Assembly (NCBI RefSeq): GCF_018350175.1
Contig: NC_058368.1
Coordinates: 55,182,001-55,246,000 of the forward strand
Length of the DNA stretch: 64,000 bases
Direction: 5' to 3'
DNA from: Felis catus
Lineage: Eukaryota
In this document: positions 27,835 through 41,628 of the stretch, in pieces
Layout: the number at the start of each line of letters is the position of its first letter
How positions within the stretch are numbered: position 1 is the first letter of the stretch
Program-made: the position numbers and the translations under genes
The notes under the pieces: model-generated
What the model was told of the DNA's origin: nothing
Database searches by the model: none
Seen by the model: only the letters and a program-made list of their open reading frames with translations

Positions 27835-28258
27835 AGTGCATTAGGCAGGCTACAGGCTAAGCTGCTATGACAATATCAAATATATTGACTTAAATACAAG
27901 TTTATTTTTACTCGGTAAAATACTAGAACAAGATTTTCAGCTTTGAGGGGATGGTGGTACTTCTGTCATCAAAACCAAACTCCCAAATTTGCTCTAATTA
28001 TCACCATTTCCCAGAGAGAATGAAAGAAAAATGTAGAATCAAGAACAAGTGGCTTTATCTGTAAGGTGATGACCCAGAAATAATCCACATCATTACCATT
28101 TACATTTCATTGCCCAAAGTTAATTACTTGGCTTCACTCAACTGTTAGAGGACGAAGAATTATTATCTTTAGCTGGATGTTAACGTGTGCATATAAAATT
28201 TGGCACTTAAAAATAAGGGGTGAATGGATGTGGGGAACAACTAGTACTTCCTGTTACA
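27835..28258 (-). mobile_element. Old MaLR LTR (MLT1J/K-like)
   Basis: GGCTAAGCTGCTATGACAA...CACATCATTACCATTTACATTTCATTGCCCAAAG. Confidence 0.55.
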
Positions 28259-28859
28259 TTTTGCTTCACTAGCCTTTCAGGTATTTAAGTGCTCCCCTTT
28301 TCTCCATGAAGAACAAAACCTATCTCATCACTAATCCTATTATATTATTCGATCCAGCTTTATTGATATCTGGGTTATGTACAGTTCACCAGGTCTGATG
28401 TGGCAGGTTTTTTTTTTTTTTCTTTTCCATCTTATCTCCACCAGGCTAGAAAACTTAAGCAGCATACAAAAACCAGTGCTAGTGGATTAATGGGGAACTC
28501 ACATACACAGCTGATAACATGAAATCGGCACAACACCATAACAAGTTGGTATCATTTAATAAAAATAAACATGCACGTATTCAAAAATTTGGCAATTTTA
28601 CTGATAGGTGAGTTTCTTAAAAAACAAAAAAAGTCAGTGCACTTGCACCAAGGTAAATGTTTGGATATATTCATATTGAAATTATTTTAGTAAGAAGAAA
28701 AAGGAAGCTATCCCAAAAGTTGGAATTTGCTGGGATGCACTTATATGGCTGTTTCTTTTAAGTTGTAATTTGTTCAGAGTGGTTACAGTTCTATTTTAAC
28801 TGTTCAATTTTTATGTACCACTTATTATTAAATATTTTGAATATTTTCCCAGGAACTGT

Positions 28860-29072
28860 CCATCAATAGAACAAAGGAGAAATAAATCATGTATATCCTT
28901 ATAAAATTGTAAAAGACATCACTGAAAACAAATGTACCATGACTACATATATCAATTTGGATAAGTCATAAATATGTAATATTGAGCCAAATAAACGAAA
29001 TGCACTGAATAGAGCACATAGTTTTATATGAATTGTATACAGTTCAAGCCAAGAAAATGTCATATATATAAA

Positions 29073-29120
<48 letters not shown>

Positions 29121-29340
29121 CTGCAACAGACAAATGTTTAAATTGTAAAGGAAATCAAATGGATGGGTAATAAAAAAAAAAGGCATGTCTGGTTAGAGGA
29201 CTTCCAAAGTACTACTTATGTTCAAATTGTCAAGCTTGGCAGTGTGGCCATCAATATTTATTTTAGTATAACATTTCATGTGATAAATATATTCTAACTA
29301 TAATATTTGTGTGTGATACATTTTGTATGATATTTTTGAA
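28860..29340 (+). mobile_element. L1ME-like 3' fragment containing (TA)n at about 29076-29118
   Basis: ATATATCAATTTGGATAAGTCATAAATATGTAATATTGAGC. Confidence 0.5.
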
Positions 29341-30039
29341 AGTGAGAGGATTTCTTGATAAAAACAGATGATCTCTCAACACAGTTTTATTACATTTTGA
29401 GTTACCTTTGTAGAAGTTAAAAGTGTGGTTGTTAATTATTATTTCTTATATGTGGATCCTGGTAGCTATTAAGAGATTGCTCCCTCCTCTGCAAATATTT
29501 GACACACTCAACACAAAATCCAGGGAGACTCTATGCTCCCTGTTTGCACCTCTGTTCACCCACTGCTGTGATTGCCACAGGGTGAAGAAGGGGAAATGAA
29601 TTATAGAGAGGCACAAGGGTGATTGCTTTCTCATCTTAATTCCCTTCCTGTCAGACCTGCCTCTGCTGATTTAAAGAGAGAATGAGCTGGGATCAGAGCA
29701 AAGGTGAGAACCTTGGCCATATCTAAATTAAAAATTAAATTAAAAAATATGGCCAAACCTATAAAATGTAACTGCATTAGAAGTTGTGACTGAAAGAGCA
29801 TTGCATGTCTCATTGGTTAAGAATGAGAGGGGTTTTTTTTTAAATAAAAAGAATATAATGGATATATGAGGATTAATATGTCCTGATTATTTGCTTCATA
29901 AAATAGCTAAGAGGAAAACTAGAAAAGGTAAGTTATAGTATTGTTTATAAATATTCTGAATTGTAATGCCTTTTACCAAGATTCCCAAATTCCCTCCTAC
30001 CCTAATGAGTCAGAGAACACAATGTATACCACAATATTC

Positions 30040-30273
30040 TTTTTTTAAAAATTTTAAAAAATGTTTTATTTATTTTTGAGACACAGAGAGAGAGAGAGAG
30101 ACAGAGCATGAGCAGGGGAGGGGCAGAGAGAGAGCGAGACACAGAATCCAAAGCAGGCTCCAGGCTCTGAGCTATCAGCACAGAGCCCGACACGGGGCTC
30201 AAACTCACAAACCATGAGATCATGACCTAAGCCGAAGTCGGACGCTTAACCAACTGAGCCACCCATGTGCCCC
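30040..30273 (-). mobile_element. CAN-SINE
   Basis: TSD CCACAATATTCTTTTT. Confidence 0.95.
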
Positions 30274-30544
30274 CCACAATATTCTTTTTAAATGTGCATT
30301 AGTGATACAAATATAGCTTTGAGTAAAATGATCCTTCCTTACTAAAATTAAGGTCCTTTGTTTCTTCTTCCATTGTTAATGTCATTGCTATTTTTATTAT
30401 TTGACAGTTCTGCTCTACCTTAATAAAAAGCAAATTTAGAATACTATAAAAATCAGTCTTTAATGATGCTCAGCTGTAATAAAGTGTACTGAGTCACTCA
30501 TTGTATAAAACTATGCATTAAGTATGTTAAAGAAGGGCCTTTTC

Positions 30545-30728
30545 AGGGCACCAGGGTGGCTCAGTAAGTTAAGCACCCAACTTGGTTTCGGCTCAGGTTG
30601 TGATCTCACAGTTCATGGGTTCAAACTGATATTGCGTAGCCTACTTGGGATTCTGTTTCTCTCCCTGCCCCTCCCTCACATGCTCTCATTCTCTGTCTCT
30701 CAAAAATAAGTAAATAAACTTTAAAAAG
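30545..30728 (+). mobile_element. CAN-SINE with internal deletion
   Basis: Head, CT tract and tail present; middle shortened. Confidence 0.9.
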
Positions 30729-31308
30729 GGGGGAGTGCTTTTCTTATTTAGCAATTATAAAGGTGATTTGTATTCCTCATGAATTTTAACTAGAAATTTT
30801 TTCATTTGGACATTTCTAGTGCATAAGACTATAAGCCTCCCTGACCTTCATAGTGTTTTAGTATATAGTATTAGTGTATTAGTATATAGATATGAACTCA
30901 GACATGCTTATACAGAAAAAAAAAACCCTGCACATTTATGCAGATATCAGCTCATCACTTCTTTCATAGCCATTTTAGAAAATATTTTACAGAGAAAAGC
31001 ACCTCCCTCACCTCTGAAATATAAAGAAAATATTAAATATATGAAAATAATTTATTAAACTTCTATATTCAAAGTTTGGTAGACAGGATGATAAAGAAAC
31101 CAGAGAAAAAGTATACTTGGTATTAGCAAAAAATAATATCTAAGTTTTATCAGAACATGGATAGATAAAAATTTAGATAAAACATCTAAGTTTTATCAGA
31201 ACATTCTCCTTAATATTTTGGTTAAGTTTTTCCACCGACTTTCTGCTAAGGAAGAATTAGATATAAATACCAGAATCACACTGTAGTTTATTAAAGGCTT
31301 ATTGCGTA

Positions 31309-32240
31309 GGGGCACGTGGGTGGCTCAGTTGGTTAAGCATCTGACTTTGGCTCAGGTCACGATCTAACAATTCATGGGTTCGAGACCCGTGTTGGGCTCT
31401 GTGCTGACAGCTCTGAGCCTGGAGCCTGCTTCGAATTCTGTCTCTCCCTCTATCTCTGCTGTGGAGAATAAGCTTAGGAATTCCCCAAGCTTGCACTGAT
31501 GGGTTAACAAGGCATAAAGAAATAGAAAGCCACAGGATGTGCATCCAAGATTAAGTAAACAAATTAGGTAAACAGGACAAAGATCCTCAGTATAGCACAA
31601 AGGTATAGAAATAGGAAATCTCAGGATGAAAATATCCAAAATTAGGTAAACAAGATTAGGTATTCAGGGTGGAAATGCCCCCCAATTTAGTACAATAGCA
31701 GAAAGCTGCATTCACAGGAAGGACCAAAATAGGTAAACAGGTAAACTGGACTATAGACCACAGCAGGGTGAAGTTGCCCAGAGCAGAACTAATTAGCAAA
31801 AGAAAGGTGCCTTGTTGACCCTGAGGTAGCAAGCTCTGTCTTTCTTGTCCTCTAAGCAAGTTTAGGTAAACTGAAGTAGTGCCTCATGTCTGCTGCACAC
31901 AACCTTCCACCAGGAGCCAGGATTTTGTTTTGTATTGACCCAAATCCCTAACACTGCATATCTTCAAAACCCCCTTTCCCTCACACCCATGAGTTAATGT
32001 TCACAGTTTCATTGTCTCTTTGTGCACGTCCATCATGCTTATAAGCCCTTTGATCTTAATTCAAATGGAGCAAGGACCCTTACTCGGGCTCTTGTCTCCC
32101 CGGACATTAGCCTCTCTCGCATCTTAATCCTGTGTCCTCTCTTTTGCTGGACAAGAGACAACTCCAGACCCAGACCTATGACACTCTGACACTTGTAGAC
32201 ACTCTCTCTCCTCTCAAAAAAAATTAACATTAAAAAAAAA
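31309..32240 (+). mobile_element. CAN-SINE split by an LTR (SINE parts 31309-31459 and 32184-32240)
   Basis: Head and body precede the insert, CT tract and A-tail follow it; degenerate TSD AAGGCTTATTGCGTA / AAAGCCTACTGTATA. Confidence 0.88.
31460..32183 (+). mobile_element. Solo LTR (724 bp) inserted into a SINE
   Basis: TGTGGAGAATA...CTATGACA; flanks CTCTGC/CTCTGA; U5 shared with the 7339-7750 LTR. Confidence 0.85.
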
Positions 32241-32329
32241 GCCTACTGTATATATTTTCTTGAACTTGTCCCTACACCACATAAAAGCCCTTCGTTTATT
32301 CAAATGTTTAAACGTTGGCCTAAGCCACA

Positions 32330-33150
32330 AGCATGGTCTTTCTTTCTCACTTCTGTTTTCCATTTCTCACATTTAATTAATCATTAGGGGTAATTGATTT
32401 TTCATCAAAATATTTACTGTTATCTTCCTCCTGCAAAGTAGTACAGGCCATTATCTTCCAACCCTCAATTACTACCAGACCTTTTAAATTGGTGTCTCTC
32501 CATCCTTGGGCCATCCTCTTCCTCTGAGTAATTCTTTTCAATGATCAATGATGATCATTTACAGACATGCATCTGATTACACATATTGCTCTGCTTAACA
32601 ACTTCACATGGGTTTTGCATTATCCTCCAAGTTAAATAGAACTCCTTAATATGGCAGCCTGGTCAATTCTGTCCCTGTTTTGCTCAAGTAACATCTCTCA
32701 CCATATGACGTTTACATATCTGTCCCTCTGTGCTCCTCCTCTCCATTGCCTTCTCTTCTTTCATCCGCTTTACTGCTTCTTCTTCACACATCAGCTTAAA
32801 TGAGACGTCTTCCAAAGAGCTCCCCCTAAATTATTAGGGCACTAACTGTCTCTAGTAGGTACTGACATGCTAAGAATATATGGACATTGAAGGAAGGTAG
32901 TGGAATAAAGTATTTTAGAGAGAAAAAAAAAACATAAGAAAGGTTACAAACTGACTGGTGTATCCAAGCCATCGAAAATAAACTTAGAATGAATGGTTTG
33001 AACAGAAAAAGAGAGTGAATGGTGTAGAACTTTGATAAAGGTGAATATAGTTTTGTGGATACCAAAATTTAAGATATAAAAGATGGTTAAGTGAAAGGTT
33101 AAGATTGAATAGGTAAGCAGAACCAGATGATAATGTTGGGGGTTCATTTT
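32330..33150. mobile_element. Degenerate L2 fragments in both orientations
   Basis: ATCTGATTACAC..CTCTGCTTAA..CTTC; TCAGCTTAAATG; purine-rich antisense part. Confidence 0.45.
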
Positions 33151-33202
33151 ATGCTAATATAATATTTTTTGTATTCTATTTTTGACACAGATACAGAGGT
33201 TC

Positions 33203-33451
33203 TTTTTATTTTAAGTTTATTTATTTTTGAGAGACAAAGAGAGACAGAGCAAGAGGGGGGAAGGGGCAGAGAGAGGGAGACACAGAATCCGAAGCAGGCT
33301 TAGGTTCTGAGCTGTCAGCATAGAGCCCAATGCGAGTCTTGAACCCATAATCTGTGCTCAAACCTACAAACTGTGCTCGAACCCATGAACTGTGAGATCT
33401 TGACCTGAGCTGAAGTCAAATGCTTAACCGACTGAGCCACCCAGGAGCCCC
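33203..33451 (-). mobile_element. CAN-SINE with a triplicated 19-bp B-box segment
   Basis: TSD CAGATACAGAGGTT. Confidence 0.93.
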
Positions 33452-35662
33452 CAGATACAGAGGTTTTAAAAGATGTTCATAAAGTGCTAGGAGCCCTGTG
33501 GAAGATTTGGAGGGGTTTGAGTAGTGCCAAGAAAAATAGTTAGACCTCCCAAGCCATTTATAAATGTCTCCTAATCCGCATGATAGAAGTCATTACTCCT
33601 GAGAGTATTTCCTCCCCATTGAAAAAGATGTTAGAAATGTTATTTTTTAAAAAGCTTTATCAAGAGTCACAACAAAGATACAAGCTACAACAGATTATCA
33701 ACAGATTATCGCCACATTTTTTCAGATAACTTTGAAACTATCTGTTTACCTTGGTTATCTGTAACACTAAAAATAATTTGACAATTATAGATCACTTGTT
33801 TTAGTACAGAAAATATCATATTTTCTTCCTGAACTAGTATAGAACTTTATAATTAGTGTGCAATCCATATTGTTGGGTTGCTGATTATGTTGGATAAGTT
33901 TCAAAATTTTATTACCTTTGATTTGCTAATGATTTTTATTTAATAATTCTTTTTCTTGCTATATAAGAGAAAATAGACCAAAGAAAAGTTTTAAAATCTG
34001 TTTCTCTGACTCATAAACCCTGTCACTGGTTTCTAGTAATGATTTAAGGTCACAAAGATAATTTGTGTGTTGCTGGGAGGTATAGAACACTAATCTGAAG
34101 GCTAAAATTGTATTACCTAACATTTTACAAAAATTTAATAATTATTAAAGTTGACTTTCTGTGAGGTCTATAGATCTTTATGCTGCTATTTCATAAATGA
34201 GTAACCTGGAGCTTCCTTCCATGACATTCCAAAGACCACAAATGTCAATGGAATGGAGCCAAGAGGGAATGGTAGACAATTTTGATGACAATCAAAATGC
34301 ATAGGGCAGTATCCTCTAACTCAATCCATTAACAACATTGCCTCAGATCTAATGAATTAAATGTCATTGAAAAAGTGAAACTTTTGTTAAAGCATTTCTC
34401 CTTATATAGAGTGGACAGATTTTTCATTTAAGTTCACTGTCCAAGTGACAAATTGAGGAGAGCATCCTAATGAGAGCATCCTATTTAGTAGCACATATGT
34501 AGAGGTCAAGTGTAATATTAAAGACGAAAATAGCATTATAATAATAGCTGATAGCTCACTGAGCTGTGTGCTCAGCACTAAATACACATAACAGGAAAGG
34601 GGAGGAGGTGATATGTGCTCAAGTGGCAATCTATTTAGCATCTATGGAATAAATAATCCATTCATGATTATTTGAAGGGCAGTGGAGAATTGTGCCTTTC
34701 TTGTTAAGGTGGTTAATTATACTTCGGATTTGTTTTTTATGGGAAAAGTAGTTTCTGTCTTTTGAAATTATAATATAGAGATAATTGCTGCTTTTGATTG
34801 TGCCCTCAGTAAATATTTATTGAGTAAATTAACAGAACAATAAAACTAATTTAGAAATAGATTATAAATAAATTATAAATAGCAACACAATATTTAATCT
34901 CTTCCTGTCCTTACCAGCCAAAAAACAACATAACAAAACAAAATAACACAGTTTTAATTTAGTTTATCTGAGCTATAACAATATTATCAACAACTTTCAC
35001 AGATTTGTAAAAATTATAAAATAAACTTCATGATGAAATCAAACTGGCCAATTTGATAAAGAGTACTTTTGGAATTTAACCACATTAATATGAAAACACT
35101 GATTGTCAAGATAAACAATTAAATTTAACAAAGTCAAAATGAAATATTTAAGTAAGCACAGTCTTGGAAAAGAAGCTACTATATAAGGAATAAAAAAGTA
35201 AGTTTTCTTTCCATGTAGCAGTTCTGCATCAATTATCTCATTTAACTACCTAAACAATGCTGAAAGAAGAATATTACGCATTTTTGCAAAGGAAGATAAC
35301 TCAGGTGAAAGCTTTGAAATGAGTCTCTCAATACACATACTTTCTGTCCTACATTTCATGGTCTTCAGGTCAGCCTCACTAAATGTGGTTTGATCTCTCC
35401 AAAACTTCATGGTTCATCTTTGTTGTAGATTTTTTAAATAGCATATCCTGCATTCCAGAGCAATCATTTCCTATTTCTCCTACCTCTTTCACTGGACTAA
35501 GTCCTCCTTTAGTCAATAATTAATTTTTAAGTCCCTCTTCTGTGCTAGAAAATGTAATTCTCTCTCACCAGGCATGTCTTAGTTAGTCTTACCAGGCATG
35601 AATTTCTTAAATTCTAAAGCATTCCCTGATGTTCCAAAGATAAGATGGTAGCCTGTCTATAC

Positions 35663-35860
35663 CAGGGATTGACAACATACAGACTGCAATACCCACCTTG
35701 CTGCCTATTTGTACAATCCCTGAGCTAAAAATGTTTCTTTTAAATTTTTAAATGGGTGAAAAAGTCAAAAGAAGAATAATTATTTTTGTGCAAAGTGAAC
35801 ATTTTTTGAAATTCAAATTTCAATGTCCATAAATTTTTACTGGAACACAGCTATACTATT
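35663..35860 (+). mobile_element. MER58-like hAT-Charlie fragment
   Basis: CAGGGATTGACAAC...TGAGCTAAAAATG...AAATTCAAATTTCAATGTCCATAAA...TGGAACACAGC. Confidence 0.7.
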
Positions 35861-36464
35861 TATTAATAAAATTTTAATAGACACTGGAATATTCTGCCAT
35901 GCTCAGAAATATCCATCAAGGACATGTCTAATTTTCTGCCTGATACCAGTGGTATCAATTTCACCATCAGGAAGCAATGAAGAACCTGGGTAATTTCTGG
36001 GATTTAAAAAAACTCATATCAGTGAAGACTATTCTTATATGAGGTAGATGAAAAGTGTGGTAAATAAAAAATGACTCTATGATTAAAAAGTCAGGGAATT
36101 ATTAAAGAATCCAGGTTCATTAAAACAAAGAAAGAATCATAAGCAATATGTAAATTCTGAGGCGATAAAGGGAATATTGCAAGGAAGGATATTGCCTGTG
36201 GGCATGTGTGTGTGTGCACACGCGCATGTGTGTGGTGTTGCAAACATATTATTTACTATTTGTCTTGCAAATTCATATTTATACCAATAATGGAATCTAT
36301 TTGACAAACAAAATATAACTTAATCCTTTTTCATTATAAATTTTTGCATTTTCCTTAAGTTTTGTCATTTCAGGCTAGATTTTATTTTCCTGAAGATTGA
36401 GAATTAATCACTCATTTGAATTATTGAATATTCTAAAATATATAAGCAAAAAACAACTTAAATA

Positions 36465-36784
36465 TTATGGTACAGTGCTAAGTGAAATAAGTTAATCAGA
36501 GAAAGAAAAATACCATATGATTTCACTCTTACCTGGAATTTAAGAAACCAAAGAAATAAACAAAAAAAAGAGATGAGGAATAAAGTCTCAAAACTTTTAA
36601 AGGTTCTTAAATACAGAGGTTCCTGGAGGGGAGGCAGATGGAGAGATGGGTAAAGTAAATTAAGGGGATTAAAAGTACACTTAACCATGATGAGCACTGA
36701 GTAATGTATAGAATTGTTGAATGACTATATTGTACATCTGAAACTAATATAACACTGTATGTTAACTATAATTGAATAAAAAAA
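36465..36784 (+). mobile_element. Carnivore L1 3' end
   Basis: GCTAAGTGAAATAAG...CATGATGAGCACTGAGTAATGTATAGAATTGTTGA...AATAAA. Confidence 0.88.
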
Positions 36785-36807
36785 CCCAACGCATTAGGAA
36801 CACTTTC

Positions 36808-37036
36808 TTTTTTTTTTTTTAATTTTTTTTTCAATGTTTTTATTTATTTTTGGGACAGAGAGAGACAGAGCATGAACGGGGGAGGGGCAGAGAGAGAGGG
36901 AGACACAGAATCGGAAACAGGCTCCAGGCTCTGAACCATCAGCCCAGAGCCCGACGCCGGGCTCGAACTCCCGGACCGCGAGATCGTGACCTGGCTGAAG
37001 TCGGACGCTTAACCGACTGCGCCACCCAGGCGCCCC
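36808..37036 (-). mobile_element. Young feline CAN-SINE
   Basis: Near-consensus; TSD TAGGAACACTTTC. Confidence 0.97.
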
Positions 37037-39049
37037 ATAGGAACACTTTCAATTTAATTCCAAAATACTGCATTTATCAAAATACTGGACTTACATATTT
37101 TTTATTATCAATTTAAATAAACAAATTATTTTAATTTTCTGGTTCAGTGTTTCTATAATCATTTTTATACTGTGGAGGTTTCGTGTATGATACTTTTTCT
37201 ATACGAACACTTAATGATGGAGAGTAGTGAATCCAAATTTTAGTCTGTGACTAGCAGCAGAATTTTAACTACTTCAATTTCCAATATCCAGTAGCTTATG
37301 TGTAATCCCTGATTGTATCTCCAGGTTTTTAATATTCTTCACTCCAAAAGACCTTGATCATAGTAATTTCCACGTTCTGCTTACAAGGTGAGATTTCTTA
37401 TTTTATTTTAATAATTTAGAACTCATCTATAATTCAGAATAATGCATGACTGATTAAATAAATAAACCTAAATAACTTCTTGTCATATTAGAAAGGTGGA
37501 AATCAAAATGTATTCAACTGGTTCGATTATATTAAGTGTGGCGGTCTATTGTTAGATTCAAATTTATGAGACTGAACTGTTTCAAGGATTAAATAAGGTC
37601 AAATATCCTAACTTTCTGAATAACTTTAAAATTAATATTTTTTTTCTGATTAAGTTTTTTTTTTTTTTAAGAAGACCAAAAAATGTGCTCTCAACTGAAA
37701 TACAGGTCATCGGATAGTATCCACATTTTTACTGTGTTGATTACATTATGTCTTCCTTTCAAAATATCTTCCTGCTGGTTTCTATGGAGATGGTTTAATC
37801 TGTATTGAACTGAATAGAGGATGATTAGTGTGCTCAGCATGATAAAAGCAGACACTATCTTCTTGCTTGGCCCTAGTTGATTAGATTGGGTCTGTTTAGA
37901 ATTTTCTCTTAATGTTAGGATATTTCGTGACTTTACAGCATAGCACTTACTACTAAAACATAAGATTTCTGGAGTCACAAATGAATGCCTAAGGTGCTCA
38001 ATGATGTTTCCACTCAGGGTAGACAGAACTCCAACATGTTCAAGGAATGTGTAACTACTGATATAGCCATTTTACTTTCAATATCACAGTGGTTACACTC
38101 TTCAAGACTTCAAACTTCTCATCCTTCACCTGCCCAGACCAACTCTTGGTCAAAAACATAAAGGAAATCCTCATGAAGACTTCTGGGACCAAACTTTGGG
38201 ATAGCCTACTCTTTTCCAGTAATATATTCTGCAAATTTCAGCTGCTTTTGAAAACTAAATTCCAATGGTTGTGCCCTCAGCTCAGAAAAACTACCTCTAT
38301 TTCTGCTTGACTTACATTTTTTGGCCATAGTTTTGAGTGCATTAATGTTGAAATCCAGACTGAAGGTAAGGCCCTCCTGATTTGTCTCCCTCCTATCAAG
38401 CTTCAGAGTTATACACTACCTGTTTTCCTACACTTAAAAAAAAGATTTGCCTTACATATTTGGTCAAGTTTTATGGTTGTTTACTGTGTTAGAGTTAAGT
38501 CCAGCACCAGTACCTCCAAAATGTGCTGAAGCAAAACTGTCATTAATTAAAATGTTATCTTACTAGTTTAAAGTCTAATAATTGCATTGTGTAATCTTCA
38601 TTTTATTGTTTCAATCCCAAAATTGATACCAAAGAAGTTTTGATTTCATCTTATCCCAAAATGATGATGAAACATATCTATTACTGAATATGTAATAAAT
38701 ATATATTCTAACATATCTATATCTATTCATTTCCAAGTAATTAGGTCTATTTTATTCAAAATTTTGTTTTGTATTTCTGCTTTTAGTGCCCTTTTTTATG
38801 AGAACGTGGTACTTAATATTTAAGTTTCTAAAACTTAAAGGTATTTTTATAATGGCTTAATATTTTGTGGCTTTTGGATAAATTTTCTTACTGCTTGAAA
38901 ATAATTGTTTTTATTGTTTTATGGTACAAAGCTTATATATAGAGTTAATTATATTTAGGTCATTATCTTTATTCTGTCATCTAGTTTATCTTTCAAATTT
39001 GGAAATACTTATGCTAACGTTTACTTTTGGATTTCTGCAAATGTACATT

Positions 39050-39055
39050 TATCTG

Positions 39056-39089
<34 letters not shown>

Positions 39090-39106
39090 ATCTATCATCT
39101 ATCTAT
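39050..39106. repeat. (CTAT)n tetranucleotide microsatellite
   Basis: Visible periodicity. Confidence 0.9.
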
Positions 39107-41404
39107 TTCTTTATTGGTTTTGTATCTTTAACAGCTGTTATTTGCATTTTCCTTTAATTCTATTTTTCCTGCTAGTAATTTAATACATTCTATTTCTTAT
39201 GAAAAATCAATCCCTAAAAGCAAACACTGTTCATTCAGCATTACTCTAACATTTGCTTTTCTGGAGGACACTTATTCACAATGACATTACATGGGAAGCC
39301 CCCACTCATAGGAATCCATTCTTACTTCCTAATGCCAATTCTTACTTCCTATTGCCAATGATATGAAGCATTTTGTTTAAACCAGTAACATTCATTTGCA
39401 CCATTTTCAGAATTATTCTTCTTCATAGAACTACTAATAATGATTTAATTATTCTGGGCATGTGTCTTAGAATGCATCATACCCTTTCTTGCCACACTGC
39501 TCCTTTGTCTTGGATTCTTTGTCAGTAACCAAAATGAAGAAAGATTGAAGAGGTTAGATAGTTGGAATAGTTTCTTCCCAGTTTATAAAGATCATATAGA
39601 ACTTAAAAACCACAAGTCATGAAACCTAAGTGGGTTTTCAGATTTAGCTTAAAATGAAATAAGAACATGCAGAGTGATAAGCAATTTAATCAAATCTTAT
39701 GCTCTCCTGTCCCTCCCTACCCTCCCTCACATATAGACTCACACAATATAGCTATTAATAAATAATTGTAAAATTATTCATAGCTTGAAATTTAAAATAG
39801 CATTGCATTATGTTTTTAAGAGTTCATATTAAATATATCAACTATAATATGATATCACAAAACATTAATGTTTTATATACCTTAGAAAGATTATAACAGA
39901 TTGTTTTTTTCTAAGTAAATCTGTGTGTGATACATGCAAACAAGTTTTTAATGACAATTTCGATTGTTCACATTCTGCAAATTTTCATATGGTACTTTGT
40001 GTTCCCTTGTAATAAGTTTCTTCACAAGTAATTGAAGCTATTTATATACAATGTTTTCATAAGCAGTGACTTCATTATTCTTGATTCATTTGGGGAGATG
40101 AGAAATGTGCATTATGGCAATAGGTAGAAAAAAATAATTAAGGCTAAAATGAATTATGTCAAACATCAACCTCATATTAATGTGTTCTATCAATACTCCA
40201 TCCTAATCAAATTACTATTGTAAACAATTCACAGTGTAGTAATTTAATAGCTTATAAATCTTAAAAAAGATACGACATTTAAGGCTTTTGTGCATCTATA
40301 AAACAACTTGTTAGACTATTACAAATCTAATGACAAAACACCTACTTTAGTATTCCAATCACAACATACATTTTTTGGGTATTGTTTTCCATATAAAGTT
40401 GAGATAAAGTTGAGTAAAACCTCATATTCATTATCAAAGTGAAAGAGCCCACACATGAAATTCTTCCAAAACATGTTCTCCATAGTTGGTTGACTATTTC
40501 CCTTCTGTCACAGAACAAATGGAAATAGATTCATTTTGTTACACTGGATGCCTGGAGGTAAATACATGTCTATGACATTTTAGAAGTGGCTTTCTTTTCT
40601 GTAAGTGTGAAATTCCTAGTGATATATAAGAGAAAAATATAATCTTACTATTTTTGATTCTCTATTTCCCTTAAAGTCAATTTATCCTCATATATTAAAA
40701 TTTATTTTATTGCAAATTTTGTACCCAAAGATATGGATTTGAATTATATATTATTTAAAAATAAAAGTTAAATTTTGGCTGCTAAAAAAGACTATTAAAA
40801 ACCATAACACACAAAATATAAGATTAAAAACAAAACATAAATGGGTCTATTTTTAACAGCATATAATTGCTGTTTTTAGTATAAAATATGAAACTAAAAT
40901 GTAATAAGATTACTTCTAAGGGGAGAGATTTATTTTATGGAATATTTATAATTGCATAGAAGATTTTCTTTAGAAGAGAATGATATTTTACCTCTTGTTA
41001 TATAGAATTTCACAAACTACATATGACATAGATTCATTTAGCTAGTTAATGTTTTTGAAAATGATTGCTTCTAAAGTTTCAGTAATATTTATAAAAGGGG
41101 TGTTTCCACTATAAAACTCTTGTCCCGTGTACAGGCAAATAGATTTCTGCCATACCCTTCAATTTTAATATAGTTTATATGACACTCTTGATCTTCTAAA
41201 ACAAACATGTATCTTATCTTGGCAATTTGGTACTTAAAGCCAGTGGTTCAAATGTTTAATCTTTAAATACCCTAGAAATAGAAAGGTCAATATTACATTC
41301 ACTTTGTAATTTTTAAAATTTGAATAATTCAACCTACTAATCTCTGGATGGATTTAAATGAATCAATAAATTAAAAATATATATTTTTTAAATTATACAT
41401 TAAT

Positions 41405-41628
41405 AGGACTCCTGGGTGGATCAGTTAGTCAGTTAAGCATCTGACTCTTGATCTGGCTTAGATCATGATCTCATGGTTTGTGTTTCAAGCCCCACATCAG
41501 GCTCTGTGCTGGCAGCATGGAGCCTGCTTGGGCTCTGTCTCTCTGTCTCTCTGTCCCTCTGTCTCTCTCCTTCTCTCTCTGCTCCTCCCCTGTTCTCTAT
41601 CAAAAATGAATAAATAAACTTAGAAAAA
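41405..41628 (+). mobile_element. CAN-SINE (older)
   Basis: Consensus match with CpG decay. Confidence 0.9.

Noticed and set aside
7339..32183. The two related LTRs as ends of a single provirus
   Set aside because: They are 24 kb apart with different U3 regions and separate flanking repeats, with no PBS or gag/pol/env between them
36850..37116. Recurrent MGQRETEHERGRG-type ORFs (also at 17352 and 2402)
   Set aside because: Antisense translations of CAN-SINEs
39317..39359. Short direct repeats (also near 33690, 40394 and 55760) as an array or CRISPR-like structure
   Set aside because: Only two copies each, in a mammalian genome; ordinary slippage
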